Shown here: positions 1-9,855 of the stretch, in pieces
Layout: every line of letters starts with the position of its first letter
Position numbering within the stretch: position 1 is the stretch's first letter
DNA from: Chthoniobacteraceae bacterium
GTDB lineage: Bacteria > Verrucomicrobiota > Verrucomicrobiia > Chthoniobacterales > Chthoniobacteraceae
Assembly: GCA_031409335.1 (NCBI GenBank)
Contig: JANNWY010000059.1
Location: forward strand, 1 to 54,757
Reading direction: 5' to 3'
Length of the DNA stretch: 54,757 bases
Program-made: the position numbers and the translations under genes
Notes under the pieces: model-generated
Told to the model about the DNA's origin: nothing
What the model saw: the letters and a program-made list of their open reading frames with translations, nothing else
Databases searched by the model: none

Positions 1-1
1 G

Positions 2-1633
2 CTCGGGGCGACGGCGCAGCGGGGCTACGATGGGTTTGGGCGGCTGGCGACAGTGGGGGCGACTGTCGCGGCGGGGAGCCCGGTGGTGGCGGCGAATGTG
101 ACGCGCGCCTTTCTGTATGACTCCGCGAATCAGCGCCACACGGTGACCGATGAGCGCGGGGATAAGTGGTACTATGGCCACGACGGGCGCGGGCAGGTGA
201 CGAGCGGGACGAAATATTGGAGCACGAACGCGGCGGACACCGGGACGTTTGCCGGGCAGACGGTGGCCGGGACGGCGCATGGCTATGGCTACGATGCCAT
301 CGGCAACCGCACGTCTGCGTCAAGGGGGTATGCGAGCTACCCATGGGCTAACGATGGTCTCAATCGGCTCAACTACCGCCAACATGGCGGGATCGTGGAG
401 GTGACGGGGGTGGCGGACCCGGCGGCGGTGGTGAAGGTGAACACGGTGCCCACGACGCGGCAGGCACGGGGTTACTTTCAGAGTCCGGTGGGTTATGCGA
501 GTGCCACTGGCAGCAGCTATGGCGAATGGCGCGCGGTGAACGTGGAGGAGACCAAAAACGGGCAGACGACAGCGCAGGCGTCGCACGTCTTTATTCCCAG
601 GAACTACGAATACTTCAACTATGATCTGGACGGGAATCTGGTCAGTGACGGCCGGTGGGCCTACACGTGGGATGCCGAGAACCGGCTGACGAAGATGGAG
701 ACGGCGGGCACGCCCGCAGCGGTGCCGCGGGTGCGGCTGACTTTTACCTACGACGCGCACTGGCGGCGGGTGGGAAAGAAGGTGGAGACATTGAACGCAA
801 GCGGGGTGTGGGTGTTCACGCGGGAACTGAAGAATGTGTATGACCGCTGGAACCTGATCGCAGAGTTCGAAGCCCTCCCGCCACAACCCACGACGTTCAA
901 CTTAGTCCGATCCCATCACTGGGGCCCGGACCTAAGCGGGACGGCGCAGGGAGCCGGCGGCGTGGGCGGCCTGGTGCTGACGCGGAATCACCGCGTGCCG
1001 AACGGGACGGGTGGCTTCAACGTGCAAAGCTACCTGCCTGCCTACGATGGCAATGGCAACATTATGGCTCTGCTGGACATCGACACAGCGGAGAAGGCGG
1101 CAGAATACGAATACGGCCCCTTCGGAGAACCGCTGCGCGCCACGGGTGTTGGGACGGTGGCGAAGGACAATCCGTTCCGGTTTTCGACTAAATACACAGA
1201 TGAGGAGACGGGGTTGGTTTATTACGGCTACCGATACTACCAGCCGACAACGGGGCGGTGGATCAATCGCGATCCTGCCGAAGAGAAAGGCGGGCGAAAC
1301 CTCAATGCGTTTGTGTATAACTCACCCGTTGGTTTGCTCGATACCGACGGGCGTCACCCGATCGCAATTGGTGGTTTCGGGGTTGGCGTGGGTATCGGCG
1401 AGGTAGTTGTAGCAGGCGCAGCAGGAGTGTTCTTGGAAGCTGTCCTTGATTGGTGGTTTGACCCGTACAAGCCCAATGAGGAAAAAAAAGAAAAACCGAG
1501 GAGAAAATGCTGGTATGTCAACCAAGAACCACCGAGTGTTCATTGTTTTGTAAGGTGCAACTATGCTTGTGATGATGGAAGTAAACCTTTTCTATGGACG
1601 GCGGAGGGATATCCCTGCCCTCCTCCTCCTTAA
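2..1633 (+). CDS. RHS repeat-associated core protein (5'-truncated by window), polymorphic toxin with ~92-aa C-terminal tip
   Basis: Frame is open from base 2. YD repeats (YGYDAIGNR, YDLDGNL, WDAENRL) and RHS core (YEYGPFGE, FRFSTKYTDEETGLVYYGYRYYQPTTGRWINRDP, NSPVGLLDTDG). GC content drops after the core. Confidence 0.95.
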   Translation, partial: LGATAQRGYDGFGRLATVGATVAAGSPVVAANVTRAFLYDSANQRHTVTDERGDKWYYGHDGRGQVTSGTKYWSTNAADTGTFAGQTVAGTAHGYGYDAIGNRTSASRGYASYPWANDGLNRLNYRQHGGIVEVTGVADPAAVVKVNTVPTTRQARGYFQSPVGYASATGSSYGEWRAVNVEETKNGQTTAQASHVFIPRNYEYFNYDLDGNLVSDGRWAYTWDAENRLTKMETAGTPAAVPRVRLTFTYDAHWRRVGKKVETLNASGVWVFTRELKNVYDRWNLIAEFEALPPQPTTFNLVRSHHWGPDLSGTAQGAGGVGGLVLTRNHRVPNGTGGFNVQSYLPAYDGNGNIMALLDIDTAEKAAEYEYGPFGEPLRATGVGTVAKDNPFRFSTKYTDEETGLVYYGYRYYQPTTGRWINRDPAEEKGGRNLNAFVYNSPVGLLDTDGRHPIAIGGFGVGVGIGEVVVAGAAGVFLEAVLDWWFDPYKPNEEKKEKPRRKCWYVNQEPPSVHCFVRCNYACDDGSKPFLWTAEGYPCPPPP

Positions 1634-1986
1634 TGAAAAGAATTTCGCCAGCAGAAAGTTTTTCTCTCAAACAGAGCTTATTGAGTGAGTTCTGTGGCGA
1701 GACCGTGTTTCTCGGATTTACTTTCCATTTCTCATCACGGAAAAAAGCAAGCCTAGAGAGTATTGCTGCGAACTTGGGCGTGTCCGGTTTCAAATTCGTA
1801 CGAATTGCTGATGCCTCAGATAAAGAACACTTTATGCTAGAGCTATCGAGAATCGGAGATGGAGACCTGTCTTATCTAGCGCAGCTAGACACTGCATTGT
1901 TAGATATTTGCCTTCCTCATAAAGACGTGGATTATCTGGGGGCGACTCCTTTCGGAGAGCGATTGCCTGACAAGAGGAAGGAATGA
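1633..1986 (+). CDS. Putative RHS immunity protein, RraB-like fold (117 aa)
   Basis: TAATG stop/start overlap with the RHS gene and low GC. Pattern FTFHF..K.SLE..A..L...GFKFV.I......F.LEL.R......L..L...L......DVDYLG resembles RraB-family proteins. Confidence 0.7.
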   Translation: MKRISPAESFSLKQSLLSEFCGETVFLGFTFHFSSRKKASLESIAANLGVSGFKFVRIADASDKEHFMLELSRIGDGDLSYLAQLDTALLDICLPHKDVDYLGATPFGERLPDKRKE

Positions 1987-2057
1987 GGGTCAAGGGCAAG
2001 GAATGAGGGCCAGGCGAATATTCATACAATCTGTGATGGAGTCCGGCACAGGGGACC

Positions 2058-2342
2058 ACGCCCAAGCAAGTCCGAATCGAATACGAGGGAGCGACCTATC
2101 ACATGATGTGATGTGCCGTGGCGACCGGCGCGAGCGCATTTTTAGCGATGATGCGTCTCGGGAAATGTTCCTCGCGAAGTTGGCGGATGCGACGGGACGG
2201 TGCGGCTGGCTTTTGCACGGCTACGTGCTGAGGAGCAAGCATGACCACGTGTTGCTGGAGACGCAGGAGGCGAATCTGGTGCGCGGGATGACGTGGCTGC
2301 AGACGGCTTACACGATGCGCACTTCGAGATCGAATCGGCACT
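2058..2342 (+). pseudogene. REP-associated tyrosine (RAYT/Y1 HUH) transposase fragment
   Basis: Reconstructs to (M>T)PKQVRIEYEGATYH/VMCRGDRRERIF...GYVLRSKHDHVLLETQEANLVRGMTWLQTAYT. Start is mutated to ACG, a 5-bp ATGAT insertion shifts the frame, the HUH motif is degenerate (HDH) and the C-terminal half is missing. Confidence 0.85.
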
Positions 2343-2472
2343 TGGCCACCGCGGCCATGCGGCGCCCGCGCACACAGTCTGTCCGAGCCGGGATTTCCAC
2401 TCCGGGTAGCAACGGGTCAGCTTTAGAATCGAGATTTTTCCGGGCGCTCGCGTGGTGCCGCGGAAGGATGCT

Positions 2473-2553
2473 GGGGAAAAGTAAGAAGTAAGAAGTAGCC
2501 ATCGATGGCGCGTCTTTTTTTACCGACTACTTTTCACTGCTTACTTCTTCCCC
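2473..2553. repeat. Inverted-repeat element with 7-nt periodic arms (AAGTAAG)n / CTTACTT
   Basis: ggggaaaagtaagaagtaagaagtag ... ctacttttcactgcttacttcttcccc. Confidence 0.7.
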
Positions 2554-2557
2554 TCCG

Positions 2558-3403
2558 CTACGATTTGAAATCGCGCGAGCAGAAGACCACGGCGCCGATG
2601 ACGAGAAACGTGCCGTCGAGCCCGAGCAGCCACGCGTAGTCCGACACCATGGTTTCCCAGGGGATTTGCTGGCGGAAACAATTCAGCCACGTGCTCATGT
2701 GCGTCGTCATCATCCACGGGTGATAGGTTTCAAAGTAGGGGATGAAGTGGAGAATCCAATCGACGAAGAACAGGCAGATCGCGGCGATGGTCGCGGCGGC
2801 GGGCTTCATGTTCCAGCAGGAGAGTTGGAAGGAGAAAGTCGTGATCGTGAGCAGGCTCAAGCTGAGGCATGGCAGCGCCAGCAGATAGCGCCGGAGCCCT
2901 TCGTGGAATTCATAGAGCGCCAGCAAATTTTCCTCGGGTGCGGTGATGAACAGGCCGCCTTTTCCCCGCACCAAAGTCGCGGCGATGAGCGCACTGAGTC
3001 CAATGAAGAACACCAGCGCCACCGTGTAGAGGACGCAGGTGCAATACTTCACCGCGAGCACCCGCCCGCGCGAGATCGGCCGGCACAGCGTCATCCGCAG
3101 CGTGCCATCCTCGACTTCTTTTGCCACGATATCCCCGCCGACCAGCGCGAGGAACAGCGCGCCGAGCAGGATGACGGTGATCGGCACCATGATCATCGCG
3201 AGCGTGAGGCCGGAGAAGTATTGCTCGAAGATCGCGCCGAAGCGCTCGATCGCGCGCCGCAGGCCCTGCTGGCCGAGCGGCATTTGGCAGAGGACGAGCA
3301 CGAGCGTTTCCACTCCGAGGAAAACGCCGAAGCCGAGATAAGTGCGTTTGCGGGCGAAGAGCTTCCAGAGTTCGCCATAAAGCTGGAGGAAGAAGAGGCT
3401 CAT
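2558..3403 (-). CDS. ABC-2 type transporter permease
   Basis: Multiple TM helices, motif GDIVAKEVEDGTLRMTLCRPISRGRVLAVK, and position downstream of an ABC ATPase. Confidence 0.9.
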   Translation of the reverse strand: MSLFFLQLYGELWKLFARKRTYLGFGVFLGVETLVLVLCQMPLGQQGLRRAIERFGAIFEQYFSGLTLAMIMVPITVILLGALFLALVGGDIVAKEVEDGTLRMTLCRPISRGRVLAVKYCTCVLYTVALVFFIGLSALIAATLVRGKGGLFITAPEENLLALYEFHEGLRRYLLALPCLSLSLLTITTFSFQLSCWNMKPAAATIAAICLFFVDWILHFIPYFETYHPWMMTTHMSTWLNCFRQQIPWETMVSDYAWLLGLDGTFLVIGAVVFCSRDFKS

Positions 3404-3410
3404 ATCACAG

Positions 3411-3520
3411 CTTCCACTCCTGCTCCTGATCCCGCTCCCGCTCCTTCAAACTGAAACAATTTCGATTCGGGCATATGAATTGGAAGGATCAAGATCAAGA
3501 TCACGAGCAGGATCAAGAGG
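3411..3520. repeat. Inverted-repeat element with 6-nt periodic arms (CTCCTG/CTCCCG vs CAAGAT/CAGGAT)
   Basis: cttcca ctcctg ctcctg atcccg ctcccg ctcctt ... gaaggat caagat caagat cacgag caggat caagag. Fills the ATPase-permease gap. Confidence 0.7.
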
Positions 3521-4403
3521 CGGAGGAAGAATTCGCGTGCGTCATCGCGAGATAGATTTGCTCCAGATTCCGCCGCTGCGGCTCGACCGCACTGACTCGC
3601 ACGCCGCCATGCACCAGCTTTGCCACGAGATCGGCGATCGCGGTTCCGTCCGTTGGAGAAATGATTCCCGGCTCCACGACGTGCCCTTCGAGCAGCGCCG
3701 CGGCGCGCGCCCAATCGTCCACTTCCAGCCGCACCCGCTCGCGATCCGTCGCGAGGTCCGCCCAGCGTCCGTCGAAAATCTTCCGCCCCTGATTCAAGAT
3801 CACGACGTGATCGCAGAGCTGCTCCACCTCCACCAGCAGGTGCGAGCAAAACACCACCGTGATGCCACGCTCGCGATTCAGCTTTTTGATCAGCTCCCGC
3901 ATTTCGTGAATGCCCTCGGGATCGAGCCCGTTCGTTGGCTCATCGAGCAGCACCACTTCATTTGCCGGCAGCAGCGCCTGCGCGAGCCCGAGCCGCTGGC
4001 GCATCCCCTGGCTATACGTGCCGACATTGTCGTGAATGCGCTTTGTCAGCCCCACCGTTTCCACCGCTTCCTCGATCTTTGCCTTCGGCACGCGCGCCGT
4101 GTAGCTGGAGTAAATCAGCAGGTTCCGCCACCCGCTGAGGTAGTCGTAAAAGCGCGGCGCTTCAAAGATCGCGCCGACCTTCGCCAGCGCGCGCCCGCGA
4201 TCCTTCTGCACCGACACGCCATCGACAAATGCCTCGCCGCTTCCCGGCAAAACCTGGCCGAGCAGGATGCCGAGCGTTGTACTTTTCCCCGCGCCGTTGT
4301 GGCCGAGCAGGCCGAAGATTTCACCCTTCTCCACCTTCAGCGAGAGGCCGTGAAGCGCGGGCCGCCCCTTGAAGGATTTGGTGAGGTTTTGCAGTTGAAT
4401 CAT
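3513..4403 (-). CDS. ABC transporter ATP-binding protein
   Basis: Start MIQLQNLTKSF; Walker A GHNGAGKST; signature YSQGMRQRL; Walker B VLLDEPTNGLDP; H-loop CSH. Confidence 0.95.
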   Translation of the reverse strand: MIQLQNLTKSFKGRPALHGLSLKVEKGEIFGLLGHNGAGKSTTLGILLGQVLPGSGEAFVDGVSVQKDRGRALAKVGAIFEAPRFYDYLSGWRNLLIYSSYTARVPKAKIEEAVETVGLTKRIHDNVGTYSQGMRQRLGLAQALLPANEVVLLDEPTNGLDPEGIHEMRELIKKLNRERGITVVFCSHLLVEVEQLCDHVVILNQGRKIFDGRWADLATDRERVRLEVDDWARAAALLEGHVVEPGIISPTDGTAIADLVAKLVHGGVRVSAVEPQRRNLEQIYLAMTHANSSSAS

Positions 4404-4466
4404 GCGCGCGCAGCGCCAGGGAGAGCGGCGTTGAACGGCGGGACGTTTCCTGTAGCCTGCCCGCCC

Positions 4467-5303
4467 ATGCAACACCTTTCTCTTGCCGCGCTCGGCCCCG
4501 AAGCGCAGCGCCTCCTCGACGAACTCTCCCGGAAACTCGCGCACAATTACACACTCGAGATCATCACGTTTGCGGTCATCACGTTTGCGCTGTGGGTCGC
4601 CGGCGCGTGGGTTGCCGCACACGCGGTGGGGAAGGGGAGCGACGGCATCGGCAGCGCGGTCGCGACTGGATTCCGCTGGTTCACCGGCTTCCTCTCCGCC
4701 ATCGCGCTCGCGGGCGCGGCATTCTATTTCGCGCGACTGCGCGGCTCGGGCTCGATGGCGACGGCGAGCATCGGCATCGGCGCGATCCTCCTGCTTTACG
4801 CCGCGGTGAATTCTCCGATGAAGGTTTACAAAATTCCGATCATCAAAGGCCTCACCTTCGCCGCGATCGGCCTGCTCGTGCATCTCGCCGGCCAGGTGGC
4901 GGTGGGAAAAGCGATGAACGATCCGCTCATGCTCGCCGCGCGCATCGACCAGGCCCGCCGCCTCGCCGCGCTTTCGCCGGAGGAAGCCTCGCAAGTGCTC
5001 ACCGCGCTGAAAAAGCCACCGGCATCCGCGAACGCAAAGACCGCTGCCGCTCCCGCGCCCGCACCAGTCGCGGCAAAACCCGCGGAAACCACGCCCGCAC
5101 CGCCGCCGCCTCCGAAGCCGCGTGTAAAGACGCTTGCCGAGCGCCTGGATGAATTGAAGAAAGTGCATGCCGATCTGGTGGCGCAGCGTGAAGCCCTCCG
5201 CGAAGGCGACGCCGCCGCACTGGAAGCCTACACACGCAACACCGCGCAATACGTCGAGAAGCTCGCCGCGCTTCAGAAAGAAAAAAACGCCGAGAACCAA
5301 TAA
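4467..5303 (+). CDS. Hypothetical membrane protein (about 4 TM, Pro/Ala linker, C-terminal coiled coil)
   Basis: Coding-like 3' part of ORF 3480-5303 starting at MQHLSLAAL, with hydrophobic segments and an APAPAP linker. Confidence 0.75.
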   Translation: MQHLSLAALGPEAQRLLDELSRKLAHNYTLEIITFAVITFALWVAGAWVAAHAVGKGSDGIGSAVATGFRWFTGFLSAIALAGAAFYFARLRGSGSMATASIGIGAILLLYAAVNSPMKVYKIPIIKGLTFAAIGLLVHLAGQVAVGKAMNDPLMLAARIDQARRLAALSPEEASQVLTALKKPPASANAKTAAAPAPAPVAAKPAETTPAPPPPPKPRVKTLAERLDELKKVHADLVAQREALREGDAAALEAYTRNTAQYVEKLAALQKEKNAENQ

Positions 5304-5354
5304 CCTCGCCCTCTGAGAACGGCACCCGCGACCGGCTGTGAACCAAGCCGCCGA

Positions 5355-5681
5355 TTAGTCGATGAATGTGCAGACGTATTCGCAGATCCCGTCGGCGACT
5401 TCGATGTCAAAGCCGCTCTTTGCCGGAACGTGGAACGTGCTGCCCGCCGCGTAGTTCTCGATCGTCGATTGACTGTCGAGTTTCACGGAACAAGCCCCAG
5501 AAACGATGTCCATCCGCTCCGCTTTGTCGGTGCCGAAATGATATTTCCCCGGATAGATCAGGCCGAGCGTCTTCTTGCCGCCGTCCGTGGCGAGGAGCGT
5601 GTGGCTGACGACTTTGCCGTCGAAATAGACGTTGGCTTTTGCGACGGCGGTGACGTTTTCAAACTGGGCTGGGCTGGGCAT
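5355..5681 (-). CDS. ppnP: Pyrimidine/purine nucleoside phosphorylase (DUF1255)
   Basis: KANVYFDGKVVS, KTLGLIYPGKYHFGT, ERMDIVSG, FHVPAKSGFDIEV, EYVCTF. Confidence 0.92.
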   Translation of the reverse strand: MPSPAQFENVTAVAKANVYFDGKVVSHTLLATDGGKKTLGLIYPGKYHFGTDKAERMDIVSGACSVKLDSQSTIENYAAGSTFHVPAKSGFDIEVADGICEYVCTFID

Positions 5682-5790
5682 AGGGCGAAGAGTTTTCGCG
5701 CGCCGCCCGCAAAGTCAAGGTGTCCAAGCTTCAGCTAAGAAACGCGGCGTCTTGCGCTAGTCTCCACGCTCTGCAAACAGTCTTTTCATC

Positions 5791-8211
5791 GTGAGAATTC
5801 CGCCACTCGTTTCCGCCATCTTTCTGACCGTCTCGCTCGCCCATGCGGCCGAACTATCGCTCCCGGAGAAGATCGACTTCAATCGCGATGTGCGGCCGAT
5901 TCTTTCGGAGAATTGTTTCAAGTGTCATGGCTTCGATGCCAAGACGCGCGAGGCGGATCGCCGGATCGATACTCGCGAAGGGGCGCTCGCGGAACTCGAT
6001 GGCGTGCGGGCGATCGTGCCGGGAAAACTCGCGGAAAGCGAAGCCCACGCGCGCATTCACTCGACCGACAAGGATGAGCAGATGCCGCCACCGAATTCGG
6101 GCAAGAAGCTGGATGCCCGGCAGCGCGCGATCATCGACCGATGGATCGAGCAGGGCGCGGAGTATCAGGCGCACTGGGCTTATGCGCAGGTGCGGCGTCC
6201 GGCGGAAAAATCCATCGACGGACTGGTGCAGGCGCGGCTCAAACGAATCGGGCTTTCGCCCTCGCCGGAAGCGGATGCGCGCACGCTGATCCGCCGGCTG
6301 TCGCTCGATCTCACTGGGCTACCACCGAAGCCGGAGGAGGTGGATGCCTTCGCGAATAGGTCGCATGGGTCGCATACGACTTATGAGCAACTCGTGGATC
6401 GTTTGCTCGCCTCGCCCACGTATGGCGAACGCATGGCGGTCTTCTGGCTCGATCTCGTACGCTACGCGGACTCGATCGGTTTTCACTCGGACAATCCGCG
6501 CAACGTGACGCCGTATCGCGACTACGTGATCCGCGCGTTCAATGAGAACAAGCGTTTCGACCACTTCACGATCGAGCAACTCGCCGGCGATCTTTTGCCA
6601 AACGCGACGCTGTGGCAGCGGGTGGCGAGCGGCTACAATCGGCTGACGGAAACGACCGAGGAAGGCGGCGCGCAGGCGAAGGATTACGAGGCGCGTTCGG
6701 TGACGGATCGCGTGCGCTCTGTGGGCACGACGTGGCTCGCGCAGACGACGGCGTGCTGCCAGTGCCACGATCACAAATTCGATCCGATCACCGCGCGCGA
6801 CTTCTACCGGCTCGGCGCGTTTTTCGCGGACATCAAGGAAACAGCGATCGGTCGGCGCGAAGACGGGATGCCGGTTGGCACGGAGGAGCAGTTGGCGAAA
6901 CTGAAAGTGCTGTCCGATGCGGCGGCTGCCATCCAGGCGAAGTTCGACACGCATTCGCTGGAGCTGGATGCCGCGCAGGTCGTGTGGGAAACGAGCGCGC
7001 TGGCGGCGGCACCGGAAGTGAAGGCTGCGCCACCGGAAGTGATCGCGCTGATCAAGATCGCCAGCGCACAGCGCAACGACAAACAACGCGAGAAACTCGC
7101 GAAGCATTTCCGTGGCATCGCGCCGGAACTCGCGCCGCTCCGCGCGGAACTCGCGGAGGCGAAGAAGCAGCGCGATGCCTTTGAGAAGACCATCGCGCGC
7201 TGCCTCGTCTCCGAGTCCGCGGCGCCGCGCGTCGTCCGCATCCTGCCGCGCGGAAACTGGCTCGATGAAACCGGCGAGATCGTCGAACCCGGCGTGCCGG
7301 CATTTTTGCCGCAGCCAAAAGTGGAGGGGCGCAAACTCACCCGACTCGATCTCGGGCAGTGGATCGTGTCGCCGGAAAATCCGCTGACGGCGCGCGTGTT
7401 TGTGAACCGGCTGTGGAAGCTCTTCTTCGGCACCGGTCTTTCCAAAGTGCTCGACGATGTGGGTGCGCAGGGTGAGCCGCCAGTGAATCCTGAATTGCTC
7501 GACGCGCTCGCTGCCGAGTTCCTCGAAAGCGGATGGGATGTGAAGCACGTCGTGAAGCTGATCGTGACGAGCGCCACGTATCGGCAGACTTCCACGCCGA
7601 CGAAGGAATTGCGCGAGCGCGATCCATTCAATCGCGAGATCGCCTGCCAGAGCCGCTTCCGGCTCGATGCGGAATTTGTGCGCGACAATGCGCTGGCGAT
7701 TTCCGGCCTGCTCGTGCAGCGCGTTGGCGGGCCGAGCGTGAATCCCTACCAGCCTGCGGGCTATTGGGAGAATCTGAATTTCCCGGTGCGCGAGTGGCCT
7801 GTGAGCAAGGGTGAAGAACAATGGCGGCGCGGCCTGTACACTTGGTGGCAGCGTTCTTACATGCATCCGAGCCTGCTCGCCTTCGACGCGCCGACTCGCG
7901 AGGAATGCGTCGCCGAACGCACCCGCTCAAACATCCCGCAGCAAGCGCTCGTGCTGTTGAATGATCCTACTTACGTGGAAGCGGCGCGTGCGTTCGCCCA
8001 GCGCATCCTGCGCGAATGCGACGGAGATGCGGCACGGCGAATCGGGTGGGCATTCCGGCAGGCGCTCGGGCGCGACCCGCGCATGGATGAAGCGGCGACG
8101 CTTGGCGCCCTGCTGGAGAAACACGCGACAACGCCAGCGAAGGAACTCGACGGGTGGACGAGCGTGGCGCGCGTCATTTTGAATCTTCATGAAACGATCA
8201 CGCGCTCGTAA
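5791..8211 (+). CDS. Planctomycete cytochrome c protein (PSCyt1 + DUF1549 + DUF1553/PSD1)
   Basis: Signal peptide, FNRDVRPILSENCFKCHG, WLDLVRYADS, CCQCHDHKFDP, NPLTARVFVNRLW, PQQALVLLN. Confidence 0.95.
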   Translation: MRIPPLVSAIFLTVSLAHAAELSLPEKIDFNRDVRPILSENCFKCHGFDAKTREADRRIDTREGALAELDGVRAIVPGKLAESEAHARIHSTDKDEQMPPPNSGKKLDARQRAIIDRWIEQGAEYQAHWAYAQVRRPAEKSIDGLVQARLKRIGLSPSPEADARTLIRRLSLDLTGLPPKPEEVDAFANRSHGSHTTYEQLVDRLLASPTYGERMAVFWLDLVRYADSIGFHSDNPRNVTPYRDYVIRAFNENKRFDHFTIEQLAGDLLPNATLWQRVASGYNRLTETTEEGGAQAKDYEARSVTDRVRSVGTTWLAQTTACCQCHDHKFDPITARDFYRLGAFFADIKETAIGRREDGMPVGTEEQLAKLKVLSDAAAAIQAKFDTHSLELDAAQVVWETSALAAAPEVKAAPPEVIALIKIASAQRNDKQREKLAKHFRGIAPELAPLRAELAEAKKQRDAFEKTIARCLVSESAAPRVVRILPRGNWLDETGEIVEPGVPAFLPQPKVEGRKLTRLDLGQWIVSPENPLTARVFVNRLWKLFFGTGLSKVLDDVGAQGEPPVNPELLDALAAEFLESGWDVKHVVKLIVTSATYRQTSTPTKELRERDPFNREIACQSRFRLDAEFVRDNALAISGLLVQRVGGPSVNPYQPAGYWENLNFPVREWPVSKGEEQWRRGLYTWWQRSYMHPSLLAFDAPTREECVAERTRSNIPQQALVLLNDPTYVEAARAFAQRILRECDGDAARRIGWAFRQALGRDPRMDEAATLGALLEKHATTPAKELDGWTSVARVILNLHETITRS

Positions 8212-8235
8212 CGGAGAAAACGCGGGTCGTGAATT

Positions 8236-8402
8236 CCGGGTAGCACGTTCGTCTCGAGCGTTGGCGAAGGCGTCACGCCTTCGCGGACTTTCCTGCGCAT
8301 TTGCGACAATTGACACGCTGCGTTCTTCTCCGAATGTCAGCTCCCAAAAGTTCGTTTCGGCGAGACGCCAAAACCAACGCTCGGGACGAGCGTGCTACCC
8401 GG
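8236..8402. repeat. REP-like doublet (GTAG-type), family A
   Basis: ccgggtagcacgttcgtctcgagcgttgg ... ccaacgctcgggacgagcgtgctacccgg, with internal hairpin gcgaaggcg-tca-cgccttcgc. Homologous to 28576-28718. Confidence 0.85.
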
Positions 8403-8427
8403 ACCTTGTGCGCCCGCTTTCTCCAAT

Positions 8428-9855
8428 ATGAACGACCTCTCCCAATTCGCCGCGCAACAGATGACGCGGCGCACTTTTCTCGGCCACGGTTCGCGCGGGA
8501 TGGGCGCGCTGGCTTTTGCTTCGTTGCTAAATCCTGCGCCGCTGAGAGCGGAGGAAAAGTGGCGCGGTGTTGCGAATCCGCTGCATCTCGCGCCGCGGGC
8601 AAAGCGGGTGATTTATCTCTGCATGGCCGGCGGGCCTTCGCATTTGGAGACGCTGGATTTCAAACCAAAGCTCCGCGAATTGCACGGGCAGCCGATGCCG
8701 GAATCGGTGACGAAGGGAAAGCAAATCGCGCAACTCCAGGGGCAGGCGCTGAAATGCTACGGGCCGGAGTTTAACTTCAAAAAGTTTGGCAACTGCGGCG
8801 CGGAGATTTGCGAACTTTTCCCGGAAACCGGCGCGGTGGCGGATGAGATCGCGATCATCCGCTCGATGACGACGGAGGCGATCAATCACGATCCGGCGCA
8901 TTGTTTCATGAACACGGGAACGATGATTTCCGGGAGGCCGTCGATGGGTTCGTGGGTCACGTACGGGCTCGGGTCGGAGGCGGAAAATCTGCCTGGCTTC
9001 GTGGTGCTGACCTCGCAAGGACGCGGCGGGCAGAATCAGCCAATCGCGGCGCGGCAATGGTCGGCGGGGTTTTTGCCGAGCCGTTTCCAAGGGGTGCAAT
9101 TGCGCGGCAAAGGCGATCCGGTTTTGTATCTCTCCAATCCTGCGGGCATCACTCGCGCGGTGCAGCACGATGTGATCGCGGCAGTGAATGCGATCAATGC
9201 GCGGACGAACGAACTCGTCGATGACCCGGAAATTTCGACGCGAATCGCGCAGTATGAAATGGCGTTTCAGATGCAGACGAGCGTGCCGGAATTGGTGGAC
9301 GTGGCGAACGAACCGGCGAGCACTTTTGAGTTGTATGGCTGCAAACCGGGCGATGGTTCATTTGCGTCGAATTGCCTGCTCGCGCGGCGACTCGCTGAGC
9401 GCGGGGTGCGCTTCATCCAGCTCTACCACAGGGATTGGGATCATCACGGCGGCTTGAAGGAAGGCATTCAGTTCAAGGCGCAGGAAGTCGATCGGGCGAG
9501 CGCGGCGCTGATTCGCGATCTGAAACAGCGCGGGATGCTGGATGACACGCTGGTGATTTGGGGCGGCGAATTTGGGCGGACGCCGATGTCGCAGGGCGGG
9601 AATGGGCGCGATCACCACATCGCGGGCTTTTCCATCTGGATGGCGGGCGGCGGCGTGCGCGGCGGGATGACTTATGGGGCAACGGATGAGTTTGGTTACT
9701 CAGCCGTCGAGAATGTCGTGGAGACTCACGATCTCCACGCGACGATGCTCCACTTGCTGGGCATCGACCACAAACGGCTGACCTACAAATTCCAGGGCCG
9801 CGACTTCCGACTGACCGATGTGCGCGGGCATGTGCTCAGGGGGATTTTGGCGTGA
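8428..9855 (+). CDS. DUF1501 domain protein (Tat signal)
   Basis: TRRTFL twin-arginine motif, AKRVIYLCMAGGPSHLETLD, LLARRLAERGVRFIQLYHRDWDHH, WGGEFGRTP, GRDHH. Confidence 0.95.
   Translation: MNDLSQFAAQQMTRRTFLGHGSRGMGALAFASLLNPAPLRAEEKWRGVANPLHLAPRAKRVIYLCMAGGPSHLETLDFKPKLRELHGQPMPESVTKGKQIAQLQGQALKCYGPEFNFKKFGNCGAEICELFPETGAVADEIAIIRSMTTEAINHDPAHCFMNTGTMISGRPSMGSWVTYGLGSEAENLPGFVVLTSQGRGGQNQPIAARQWSAGFLPSRFQGVQLRGKGDPVLYLSNPAGITRAVQHDVIAAVNAINARTNELVDDPEISTRIAQYEMAFQMQTSVPELVDVANEPASTFELYGCKPGDGSFASNCLLARRLAERGVRFIQLYHRDWDHHGGLKEGIQFKAQEVDRASAALIRDLKQRGMLDDTLVIWGGEFGRTPMSQGGNGRDHHIAGFSIWMAGGGVRGGMTYGATDEFGYSAVENVVETHDLHATMLHLLGIDHKRLTYKFQGRDFRLTDVRGHVLRGILA

Noticed and set aside
2558..4403. 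ABC pair as exporter of the RTX giant protein
   Set aside because: It is an ABC-2 type ATPase/permease with no HlyB/HlyD/TolC features and lies ~30 kb away.
3480..5303. 607-aa and 595-aa overlapping ORFs as single proteins
   Set aside because: Each is a real gene extended through the antisense of its divergent neighbour; true starts are at 4403 (-) and 4467 (+).
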